37,647 bases of DNA. Origin: Candidatus Levybacteria bacterium RIFCSPLOWO2_01_FULL_39_10 (GTDB lineage Bacteria > Patescibacteriota > Microgenomatia > Levybacterales > UBA12049). This document shows positions 7,503-14,480 of this stretch, one piece after another. Under the pieces are notes generated by a model. That model saw only the letters and a list, made by a program, of their open reading frames with translations, had not been told where the DNA came from and did no database searches. Location of the stretch: contig MFOV01000008.1 of assembly GCA_001782515.1 (NCBI GenBank), forward strand, positions 1-37,647. Reading direction: 5' to 3'. The position numbers and the translations under genes are program-made. How positions within the stretch are numbered: position 1 is the first letter of the stretch; every line of letters begins with the position of its first letter.

Positions 7503-7530
7503 ATTATATTATAGTTAGCCGCAATGTCAA
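7503..7530 (-). promoter_or_regulatory. sigma70-like promoter, leaderless, for 7083..7493
   Basis: minus strand TTGACA (7525-7530), 16 nt, TATAAT (7503-7508), 9 nt to ATG; same geometry as the paralog A promoter. Confidence 0.55.
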
Positions 7531-7552
7531 TCCACTCGCAAGGCTTTAGGAT

Positions 7553-7581
7553 AAAAAAACAGCCCCGGTCTCCCAAGGCTG
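7553..7581 (-). terminator. terminator module copy 7 for 7683..7985
   Basis: minus-strand CAGCCUUGG-GAGA-CCGGGGCUG then U7. Confidence 0.65.
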
Positions 7582-7682
7582 CTTCCAGCTCAGAGAGCTT
7601 CTAGCTCGGTGAGAAAAAACAAAATTAGTTTTTAAAATTAATAAAAGGGGTTGAAATACTACTGCATTCTTTATGGGTATAT

Positions 7683-7985
7683 TCAGTCACTTATAAATAA
7701 GCTGTGGAAAAGAAGAAAAAGAATAGTAATTATGCCTATAATAACTGATAAATAAACAAAAGGTGAAGATTCGCTATGTTTTCTAATAGCAATAATACTA
7801 AATGCAAAAGCTGCGATATTTGCAAGAAACACCAATACAACTACATCCCACCAACGATCATTAAAAGACAGAATTCCAAGCATATTAACCAAAATTATAC
7901 TAGTAGTAATTACTATCAGGAAAAAAACATTTAATGCTATTGACCATCTTCCTAAGCGGGTTTTTGGCAGCAAATTTGATCCCAT
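7683..7985 (-). CDS. small integral membrane protein (about 3 TM helices)
   Basis: Hydrophobic stretches ALNVFFLIVITTSIILVNMLGIL, VVVLVFLANIAAFAFSIIAI, LSVIIGIITILFLLF; track start is TTG 7994, ATG 7985 preferred. Confidence 0.55.
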   Translation of the reverse strand: MGSNLLPKTRLGRWSIALNVFFLIVITTSIILVNMLGILSFNDRWWDVVVLVFLANIAAFAFSIIAIRKHSESSPFVYLSVIIGIITILFLLFHSLFISD

Positions 7986-8003
7986 ATATTTCAATCATAC
8001 CAG

Positions 8004-8032
8004 AAAAAAACAGCCCCGAAAACCCGAGGCTG
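8004..8032 (-). terminator. terminator module copy 8 for 8072..8992
   Basis: minus-strand CAGCCUCGG-GUUUU-CGGGGCUG then U7, preceded by the AT-rich hairpin AAAAAC..GTTTTT. Confidence 0.7.
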
Positions 8033-8071
8033 TCAAAAAACAAAAATTAGTTTTTATTTATTTTGTGCTTT

Positions 8072-8992
8072 TTATCTAGTAGTTAAACGGAAGATTTGAA
8101 ACTCTGTTTCTATTTCTTCCCCATATACATCAATAATCCCAACTCCTACCTCAGCTTTTTGATTTATATCCGGCGATAATAATGGGAGCACATACTCTAA
8201 TTCTACTTTTTCTTTACTATCTTCTGTGTCTATATAATCGATATTTAAATTTAATCTTATTGCGTTACTGCTATCAAGAAGGGTACTTCCTTTTATAACA
8301 ATCGGTGTACCTGGTTTTATTTGCTGTCTGTCTCCATCGGAAAGGTGTTCAACAAATCTATTTTTACTCTCCGAAGAATATCCGACCTCACATGTTACAG
8401 TATTATAATTTGATTCCGCAATTATACACCTCCATAATTTATTATGGACAATAACAATATTCCCTTTGTTTTCATTTTTAGGTACAACTCTAAGTTCGAA
8501 GTCGAAATTTACACCCGGCTGTGCAATTTTATAGAATAAATTAGGATTGTCATATTTTCTGCTCACAACTATTTTAATTATCCTTGGGTTATCTTCGTTT
8601 TTTTTGAAGGCTGACCAACCTACCCAATCTTCTTCATTAAAAGTACTGCAGTAAGCTGGAGCATTTCTACATTCATCATTCAATCCAAGCACTTCTGGAT
8701 TTACAGCTGAAATTATATCCTCTTTTTTTCCTTTTTGAGTACTAGTTGCAGGGTTTTTTATAGGATTAAACTTTACCTTATAGACCAAAACTGGCTCATC
8801 ATTATCTTTAACTATCTCTATAAAATTTAACTTAATAGCCAAAAAGCACATGGCTATAAATAAAAAAATTAAAATGGCTAATTTTCTATGTAAATTAAAC
8901 CAATTTTTGATACTTTCAACTTTTTGTTCATAGATTCTACCGAATATAAATTTAAAGATTTTATGTAAAGTATCCATCTCATAAAAGCGCAT
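8072..8992 (-). CDS. membrane-anchored hypothetical protein
   Basis: One TM segment (LAILIFLFIAMCFLAIKL) then a roughly 240-aa extracytoplasmic part; the track TTG start at 9040 is the TTG of a TTGACA -35 box, so ATG 8992 (or 8977) is preferred. Confidence 0.5.
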   Translation of the reverse strand: MRFYEMDTLHKIFKFIFGRIYEQKVESIKNWFNLHRKLAILIFLFIAMCFLAIKLNFIEIVKDNDEPVLVYKVKFNPIKNPATSTQKGKKEDIISAVNPEVLGLNDECRNAPAYCSTFNEEDWVGWSAFKKNEDNPRIIKIVVSRKYDNPNLFYKIAQPGVNFDFELRVVPKNENKGNIVIVHNKLWRCIIAESNYNTVTCEVGYSSESKNRFVEHLSDGDRQQIKPGTPIVIKGSTLLDSSNAIRLNLNIDYIDTEDSKEKVELEYVLPLLSPDINQKAEVGVGIIDVYGEEIETEFQIFRLTTR

Positions 8993-9010
8993 AATGCTGC
9001 GCCTGAAAAT

Positions 9011-9040
9011 AGAATAGAACTTAAGATTACCTATTGTCAA
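9011..9040 (-). promoter_or_regulatory. candidate promoter for 8072..8992
   Basis: minus strand TTGACA (9035-9040), 18 nt, TATTCT (9011-9016). Confidence 0.35.
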
Positions 9041-9091
9041 TAACTTACTATTTACATATTCTAGTAATACTGGTAATAAAAGATCTTCCTC

Positions 9092-9121
9092 AAAAAAAAC
9101 AGCCCCGAGTCCCCGAGGCTG
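9092..9121 (-). terminator. terminator module copy 9 for 9159..9923
   Basis: minus-strand CAGCCUCGG-GGAC-UCGGGGCUG then U8. Confidence 0.7.
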
Positions 9122-9158
9122 CCTAAAAACAAAAAATTGTTTTTATTCAGATTAGAAA

Positions 9159-9923
9159 TTAATCTCTCTTTCCTGCGTTTTCGTTACTAACTACGTAACT
9201 AACACACGCTCCTTGATTCTTAAAAGTTGGATTATTGAATGTTTTCCACCCATCTTTCTTACACTCGTCTTTATTAGTTGGCGGCCCAACTAAAACTGGA
9301 TCAAACGTGTGAAGGTCTGAATTTACCAACACATTATCCACGAGAACCGTCTGCTCCACGTCACCAAACATCCAGCTAGAATCAACCACCAAGCTGATTC
9401 TAAGAACATTAAGTCCGGCAGTTAACGTTACTGCATCGGCATAGGTGTCATAAAAAGTACCGCCCACTTGACCTGTATCCCACACTGGATTTGGATCTGT
9501 AACTAGGTTGCCACTTGGAACCCAGGTGTTAGGCGTACATCCTGTGTAATTTGGACTAGGTCCAAGATACACAAAAACATTCGCGTCACCTGCGCTCACG
9601 ACTCCATCATTATCAAAGTCGATCCTAACTTGAAATCTCGGAGAACCTCCACCACAGTCATCATCGGTAACATTAAAATCAGTGCTTAACGTGGTTAGAT
9701 CAGCAAGAGTTGTTATACCTGCTGGTACATCAAAGCGCACACCACCCCAACCTGGGGACACGGTTGCGTCCGATCTAATTTGTGCAGCATTGCCTGGGTT
9801 TCCTCCTGCTACTATACTGGCATCACCAAAAAGAGTATAAGCGGCAAAAGCAGATACTGCTGAAAGTCCAAGTACTGTGGCAACTGCAACTACGGAAACT
9901 ACCAATTTTTTAATATTTGTCAT
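9159..9923 (-). CDS. secreted protein with Cys-containing C-terminal motif
   Basis: Signal peptide MTNIKKLVVSVVAVATVLGLSAVSAFA; C-terminal CKKDGWKTF...FKNQGACVSYV; strong SD GGAGGTGA 5 nt before the ATG. Confidence 0.7.
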   Translation of the reverse strand: MTNIKKLVVSVVAVATVLGLSAVSAFAAYTLFGDASIVAGGNPGNAAQIRSDATVSPGWGGVRFDVPAGITTLADLTTLSTDFNVTDDDCGGGSPRFQVRIDFDNDGVVSAGDANVFVYLGPSPNYTGCTPNTWVPSGNLVTDPNPVWDTGQVGGTFYDTYADAVTLTAGLNVLRISLVVDSSWMFGDVEQTVLVDNVLVNSDLHTFDPVLVGPPTNKDECKKDGWKTFNNPTFKNQGACVSYVVSNENAGKRD

Positions 9924-9929
9924 TTATTT

Positions 9930-10030
9930 CACCTCCTCCCTGTTGGATAGTCCCATTAGATGGCGGATTATCTTATCTAACGGGACATCCAACGGGACCA
10001 CGTGAGATGTGTAAACTATCTCACAGTGGC
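9930..10030 (-). promoter_or_regulatory. two-hairpin leader RNA motif, copy A (expanded hairpin 2)
   Basis: minus strand CACU-GUGAGAU-AGUUUACAC-AUCUCAC-GUGGUC-[long hairpin CCCGUUGGAU..AUCCAACAGGG]-AGGAGGUG; begins right after the GIY-YIG stop and ends in the SD of 9159..9923. Confidence 0.6.
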
Positions 10031-10288
10031 CTATTTTTTCTTTAAATCATTTCTAATTCTATTTTTCATATATCTTTTACCCCAACTTGTTTTTAAATAT
10101 ATTTCTCTATGCAAAGCGTCCGACTTATTCCGACATCCTTCAAAATATACTATCTCAAAAGGTCTCCTTGCCTTTGTCGAAATTACTTCACCTGCATTAT
10201 GTTTTTTTAACCTTTTTTCAAGATTATCGGTATATCCTGTGTAGAATTTTCCGTCTTTAATACTTTTTAAAACATAAACATAAAACAT
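10031..10288 (-). CDS. GIY-YIG nuclease family protein (small, UPF0213-like)
   Basis: MFYVYVLKS...GKFYTGYTDNLEKRLKKHN...; track start TTG 10294 replaced by ATG 10288, which gives the typical MFYVY start. Confidence 0.85.
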   Translation of the reverse strand: MFYVYVLKSIKDGKFYTGYTDNLEKRLKKHNAGEVISTKARRPFEIVYFEGCRNKSDALHREIYLKTSWGKRYMKNRIRNDLKKK

Positions 10289-10296
10289 TTCCAAAA

Positions 10297-10331
10297 GGTA
10301 AATTCTAAATACTAATATCTAAATTCTAACT
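10297..10331. repeat. heptamer module (5 x 7 nt)
   Basis: ggtaaat tctaaat actaata tctaaat tctaact; CTA recurs at 10305, 10312, 10319, 10326; 9 nt upstream of the GIY-YIG ATG. Confidence 0.8.
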
Positions 10332-10446
10332 TGAATATAAGTTGGTTTGCGGATTTAAAACATGCTAGGAGTTCTGGAGAATATTGTGGGGATTTTCCTA
10401 CTGTGGCAGTATTACTATTATCCTCGGAGTTAAAACAATAGAGCAT
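10312..10446 (-). CDS. possible leaderless small ORF (44 aa)
   Basis: ATG 8 nt after the -10 of the promoter at 10455-10484; MLYCFNSEDNSNTATVGKSPQYSPELLACFKSANQLIFKLEFRY; its 3' end runs into the heptamer module; no homology recognised. Confidence 0.25.
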   Translation of the reverse strand: MLYCFNSEDNSNTATVGKSPQYSPELLACFKSANQLIFKLEFRY

Positions 10447-10454
10447 GGATGTTT

Positions 10455-10484
10455 ATAATAGTAACTTATATAGGACTTTGTCAA
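10455..10484 (-). promoter_or_regulatory. sigma70-like promoter upstream of small ORF / GIY-YIG gene
   Basis: minus strand TTGACA (10479-10484), 18 nt, TATTAT (10455-10460). Confidence 0.45.
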
Positions 10485-10535
10485 CCCTTTAATTTGAATC
10501 ATGAAGCAAGAATCATGAATCATGGGTAAGTTAAT

Positions 10536-10889
10536 CTAACGGGGTGATTTTGATCTAAAGATTGAGGCGAGGACGTCAAAGTGAGATACCTTCTCAGCAA
10601 ATTTTATAGCTCTTTTTATATCTCCGTTTTCGTAAGATGCTTCTGTTGCGGTTTTGGATGCTTGCTTTGCTTTTTCAAAACTATCAGTAACTTTTTGAAT
10701 ATCATCTACGTACTCGGCGTATGCAGACGTTGCAATTGAGACTCTCCGAAGACTTTCCTCATATCTTTCACCATTGTATTCTTTTGTAAAACGCACCCTA
10801 TTAAACATCTGATATGATTCTTGAAGGACGCAACTTGCTTCGCTTTGAAGCTGACCAGGGTTTAATCTTTCAAGTTCAACGTTTTGCAT
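10536..10889 (-). CDS. hypothetical protein (117 aa from ATG 10889)
   Basis: Track start TTG 10898; ATG at 10889 (MQNVELERLN...); helical, no motif recognised. Confidence 0.5.
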   Translation of the reverse strand: MQNVELERLNPGQLQSEASCVLQESYQMFNRVRFTKEYNGERYEESLRRVSIATSAYAEYVDDIQKVTDSFEKAKQASKTATEASYENGDIKRAIKFAEKVSHFDVLASIFRSKSPR

Positions 10890-10930
10890 AGTAGGCAATT
10901 CTAGTACCGTGGTAAATCTTTGTCAATTTT

Positions 10931-10939
10931 TGATATAAT
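10931..10939 (+). promoter_or_regulatory. extended -10 promoter (TGATATAAT), leaderless, for 10948..11256
   Basis: TGnTATAAT at 10931-10939, 8 nt before the ATG. Confidence 0.4.
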
Positions 10940-10947
10940 TCCCTGCT

Positions 10948-11256
10948 ATGGAAAGAGATAAAATAGGAATTCAAATAAACGAAAAAGCAGTTGCAGAGTT
11001 TGAAGTAAAAGGAAATAGGATTGTTTCTCCCCGTCGAGTGATTCAAGAAACAATGGGTTTCCCGCTGGTAAACGATAGATTAAAGTTATTTCTTGATGAG
11101 CGAACTGACCTTGTTGTTAGAAGTGGAAGACTAACTGGTGTGAGAGCAAAAGATGCAAGGCGTGTTATTGAAACTGTTAATAGTGATCCTTGGGCTGCTT
11201 TGCCACTTGCTCCAAAGCAAACTCAAAAATTTGTCGCAGATATTCTTAGTCCTTAA
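10948..11256 (+). CDS. hypothetical protein (102 aa)
   Basis: ATG ORF; converges on and overlaps the cysS 3' end by 11 nt. Confidence 0.5.
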   Translation: MERDKIGIQINEKAVAEFEVKGNRIVSPRRVIQETMGFPLVNDRLKLFLDERTDLVVRSGRLTGVRAKDARRVIETVNSDPWAALPLAPKQTQKFVADILSP

Positions 11257-12592
11257 TTTTTTTAATTTTAGTGCCTGTAGGAGTATCCTCAACTGTAAAG
11301 CCTTTTTCTTCTATTTGAACACGGATTTTATCCGCTTCACTAAAGTCGCCGCTTTTCCTAAACTGTTCCCTTTTTTGAATTAACGAACGAACTTCATCCG
11401 GAACTTCCACTTTTTCCGGTTTAAACTCTGCCAAACCAAGTCCCAAAATTTCATCAAATTTTAAAAGGCTTTTCTTTTTAGCGCTTCCCGGATAATCTGA
11501 GCGAACCATTTCCCAAACAACAGACAACGCCTCGGGCATATTCAAATCATCACTTACCGCGTCCTTAAATCTTTGCTCAAACTCGGCACATCCCACTTTT
11601 GCCTCTCCCCAGGAAGCAAGTTCCCCCCGGAGTCTTTCAAGCGCATTTTCAGCTCCCCGCAGTGCCTCCCATGTAAAATTCATCTCCTGACGGTAGTGAG
11701 TCTGTAAATATAAATAGCGAAGAGAAAGGGGTTCAATGCCGTTGTCTTCAATGTCTGAAAGTGTGTAAAAATTGCCAAGACTTTTACTCATTTTCTGCCC
11801 TTCAACCAGAATGTGTGCGCCGTGCACAAAATAATTTACAAATTTCTTGCCGGTTTTGCCCTCAGACTGGGCAATTTCATTCTCATGGTGCGGGAAAATA
11901 AGATCAACCCCTCCTGCGTGAATATCAAATGTTTCACCCAGAGATTCCTGACTCATAACCGAGCACTCAATATGCCAGCCCGGTCTTCCCCACCCCCATG
12001 GCGAATCATAACCAAACTCTTCCCTTCCCTCCGCCTTCCAAAGAGCAAAATCCTGAACGTCATCTTTTGTATATTCATCAGACAGTATCCTTGTTCCAGA
12101 TTTTAGATTTGAAACATCAATCCCCGACAGCTTTCCATATGAGTCAAACTTAGAAATATCAAAGTAAATAGACCCGTCTTCTTCTTTATATGCCAGTCCT
12201 TTTTCGAGCAAAACCTGAATATAGTCAATCATCTTTTGTATATACTCTGTAGCATGTGGCATTTTATCTTTATCCTTTATATTTAGTTTTTTTATATCTT
12301 CAAGGAAATATTTTTCGTACTCGGCTGTTAAGTTTGACACTTTAACATTTTGCTCTTTGGCTTTTTTAATAATTTTGTCATCAATATCAGTTATGTTTTG
12401 GATAGAGGTAACGCTGTAGCCGTTGAGCTCAAGTACTCGTTCAAGTAAATCCGATAATAAAAAAGTTCGAAGATTTCCAATGTGCATATAGTCATATACA
12501 GTCGGTCCACAAGTGTAGATTCCAACTTTTCTTTCATGGATTGGTTTAAACTCCTCAACTTTCCGCGATAATGTATTGTAAAGTTTTAACAT
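11246..12592 (-). CDS. cysS: cysteine--tRNA ligase
   Basis: Class I signatures HIGN (YMHIGNLRTF) and KMSKS (QKMSKSLGN); WHIECS zinc/cysteine-binding region; 448 aa. Confidence 0.95.
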   Translation of the reverse strand: MLKLYNTLSRKVEEFKPIHERKVGIYTCGPTVYDYMHIGNLRTFLLSDLLERVLELNGYSVTSIQNITDIDDKIIKKAKEQNVKVSNLTAEYEKYFLEDIKKLNIKDKDKMPHATEYIQKMIDYIQVLLEKGLAYKEEDGSIYFDISKFDSYGKLSGIDVSNLKSGTRILSDEYTKDDVQDFALWKAEGREEFGYDSPWGWGRPGWHIECSVMSQESLGETFDIHAGGVDLIFPHHENEIAQSEGKTGKKFVNYFVHGAHILVEGQKMSKSLGNFYTLSDIEDNGIEPLSLRYLYLQTHYRQEMNFTWEALRGAENALERLRGELASWGEAKVGCAEFEQRFKDAVSDDLNMPEALSVVWEMVRSDYPGSAKKKSLLKFDEILGLGLAEFKPEKVEVPDEVRSLIQKREQFRKSGDFSEADKIRVQIEEKGFTVEDTPTGTKIKKIKD

Positions 12593-12593
12593 A

Positions 12594-12628
12594 CTAATTA
12601 AATTCTAATATCTAATTTCTAATCAAGG
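12594..12628. repeat. heptamer module directly upstream of the cysS ATG
   Basis: ctaatta aattcta atatcta atttcta atcaagg; three clean ttctaat-type units plus degenerate flanks; starts 2 nt from the start codon. Confidence 0.7.
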
Positions 12629-12650
12629 ACTCTATTTTTCGATTTTAAAT

Positions 12651-12674
12651 TATTGTTCGAGCGAAGTCGAGAAC
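12651..12674. repeat. 24-nt perfect direct repeat, left copy, flanking GIY-YIG gene
   Basis: TATTGTTCGAGCGAAGTCGAGAAC, identical to 12996-13019. Confidence 0.9.
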
Positions 12675-12691
12675 AAGAATTTAACATAAAC

Positions 12692-12961
12692 TTACCATTC
12701 TTTCTTCCAATCGCCTTTTATAAGTTTTTCTTTCTTTTTTCTGCTCCAATCTTTAATTTGAATTTCTCTTTTTCTTGCAGTTTCTAAATCCTCATGTTCT
12801 TCCAAATACGCAAGTTTTCTAACTCCATGTTTCGCTGTGTACTTGCTTCCAAATTTTGATAAATGTTGCTCAAATCTAATTTCTGGCTTCCAAGTTATTC
12901 CTGTATAGTAAGTCCCATCTAAGCATTCTAAAATATAAACAAACCATTTCCATTTTCTCAT
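12692..12961 (-). CDS. GIY-YIG nuclease family protein (small)
   Basis: WFVYILECLDGTYYTGITWKPEIRFEQH...; 89 aa. Confidence 0.8.
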   Translation of the reverse strand: MRKWKWFVYILECLDGTYYTGITWKPEIRFEQHLSKFGSKYTAKHGVRKLAYLEEHEDLETARKREIQIKDWSRKKKEKLIKGDWKKEW

Positions 12962-12995
12962 GATACTTCTCCACGCGCTACGCTTGGTCGAAGAA

Positions 12996-13076
12996 TATTG
13001 TTCGAGCGAAGTCGAGAACTCATGATGCTTTCTTCTCGACTCTCCTTCGACAAACTCAGGATCGCTCGAAGAATAA
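12996..13076. repeat. 24-nt direct repeat, right copy, forming the 5' arm of a long imperfect hairpin
   Basis: TTCGAGCGA (13001-13009) pairs with TCGCTCGAA (13062-13070); GTCGAGAA (13011-13018) pairs with TTCTCGAC (13033-13040). Confidence 0.8.
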
Positions 13077-13090
13077 ATTAGGTTAATTAT

Positions 13091-13690
13091 CTACCCGCTG
13101 ACGCCGGGTAGTTTTTCTGCTGTTCCTTGTTTTACGTTTACCGGAAGCTCGGGCGGTTTTTCGCGCTTTGTTTCAAGTTCTTCCATCTTCTCTTCCTCTT
13201 CCTCTCTTTCCACTTTTTCCTTCGCCCTTTCTTCCTGTTTGGCAGGAGCATTAAATGTGGGATCATAGTACTGCTCTTTGTGAAGTTCTTGTCTTATTTT
13301 TGTTTTCTTTGCTTCCTCCTCGGGATCTACTTCCGGTTTTAAACTAGGAATCCCAAACATGTCTTTAATTGTGCCCGGTTTTTGATTGTCTGATGGCTGA
13401 TTGCTGATGGCTGATTGCTGACTATTCTTAGGCCCGTATAAATTTTGAAGAAACTCCTGAGCCTCCTCGTCCGTCATTTGCTGATTTTGAGTCTGAATAG
13501 CTTGATTTTGTTCATTTGTCCCCTGATCTAAGTTTTGATCACTGTTCGAACTTGAATCCGAACCGGTAAGCTGTCCTGCAGCAGATTTCCCAAAATCAGA
13601 CGCTCCTTTTTTTACACCTTTAGAACTGCTTTGAACAATACTCTGCCCTTTTTCGATTACTTCTTCTGAAAAATGTCCAAAACCTTTCAT
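13091..13690 (-). CDS. low-complexity acidic/Gln-rich hypothetical protein
   Basis: 199-aa ORF rich in S, Q, E and K; contains an in-frame heptamer module; antisense ORF 13127..13342 judged spurious. Confidence 0.5.
   Translation of the reverse strand: MKGFGHFSEEVIEKGQSIVQSSSKGVKKGASDFGKSAAGQLTGSDSSSNSDQNLDQGTNEQNQAIQTQNQQMTDEEAQEFLQNLYGPKNSQQSAISNQPSDNQKPGTIKDMFGIPSLKPEVDPEEEAKKTKIRQELHKEQYYDPTFNAPAKQEERAKEKVEREEEEEKMEELETKREKPPELPVNVKQGTAEKLPGVSG
13391..13425. repeat. heptamer module inside a CDS
   Basis: tgatggc tgattgc tgatggc tgattgc tgactat; encodes SQQSAISNQPS. Confidence 0.8.
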
Positions 13691-13715
13691 ATTTTTATAT
13701 TTAAATTTGCTTAAA

Positions 13716-13750
13716 ACTTTTAACTTTTCACTCTGAACTTTTAACTATAT
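13716..13750. repeat. heptamer module, ACTTTTA family, intergenic copy
   Basis: actttta acttttc actctga actttta actatat; overlaps the recR stop codon; same family as 22098-22132 and 32455-32489. Confidence 0.8.
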
Positions 13751-14401
13751 CTCTATCCTTCCTTCCATGGCCCGTTGCAAAGTTATCTCATCAGCATATT
13801 CCAAATCCGCGCCTATCGGCAAACCTCTCCCGATCCTTGTTACTTTTAGCTTTTCGCCCTGCCTGCCGGCAGGCAGGTTTTGCTTGTCCGCCGGAGCCTT
13901 GGCGGAGGCGGAAGCTTTTAGCTGTTTATCAATATACATTGCAGTTGCTTCACCCTCCATTGTCGGATTTGTCGCAAGTATAATTTCCGTGACACTTCCT
14001 TCACCTTTTACTCTATCAAGGAGTTGCTTAATATATATTTCATCCGGTCCTATGTTATTCAAAGGATCAATCCGGCCGTGCAGGACATGATAAACGCCTT
14101 TATATTTTCCGCTTTTTTCAAGTGCCAAAACATCCAGCGGCTCCTCAACCACACAAATTACACCCTGATCGCGCTCGGGATCTGAACAAATTTCGCATGG
14201 ATCAGTCTCTCCTACAGTAAAACAATTTGAACAAATTATTGTTCCGGTTTTTAAGTTTTGGAGACTTTGGGCAAACTTATCGAGTTCGTATTGCGGTACG
14301 TGTAAAAGATAAAAAGTAAGCCTTTGGGCGGTTTTTGGCCCAATGCCCGGTAATTTTTCAAATGATTCGGTCAATGCCTGTACTGCTTTTGGAATCTTCA
14401 T
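13745..14401 (-). CDS. recR: recombination protein RecR
   Basis: LPGIGPKTAQRLTFYLL helix-hairpin-helix, C4 zinc finger CSNC...CEIC, Toprim region, C-terminal TRIGRGLPIGADLEYAD; ATG 14401 preferred over track TTG 14419; carries a roughly 20-aa low-complexity insertion. Confidence 0.92.
   Translation of the reverse strand: MKIPKAVQALTESFEKLPGIGPKTAQRLTFYLLHVPQYELDKFAQSLQNLKTGTIICSNCFTVGETDPCEICSDPERDQGVICVVEEPLDVLALEKSGKYKGVYHVLHGRIDPLNNIGPDEIYIKQLLDRVKGEGSVTEIILATNPTMEGEATAMYIDKQLKASASAKAPADKQNLPAGRQGEKLKVTRIGRGLPIGADLEYADEITLQRAMEGRIEI
13858..13915. repeat. palindrome-containing insertion inside recR
   Basis: 20-nt perfect palindrome CCTGCCTGCCGGCAGGCAGG (13858-13877), then TTTTGCTTGTCCGCCG (13878-13893), which is identical to 35058-35073. 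Confidence 0.8.
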
Positions 14402-14410
14402 GATTCTAGT

Positions 14411-14480
14411 TATTAGCAATTAGCATTTAGCCATTAGTTAATAAAACTAAAAGCTAGTTGCTAGTGGCTAGTTGCTCCTT
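14411..14480. repeat. heptamer modules between recR and prs (about 10 phased units)
   Basis: tattagc aattagc atttagc cattagt taataaa actaaaa gctagtt gctagtg gctagtt gctcctt; the last units encode the Prs C-terminus ATSH-stop. Confidence 0.8.

Noticed and set aside
3211-9121. Calling the accessory array a bona fide integron.
   Set aside because: The window has no integrase. The repeats lack recognisable RYYYAAC/GTTRRRY attC ends. Most cassettes have their own promoters, and the repeat works well as an ordinary intrinsic terminator. I kept it only as a hypothesis to test.
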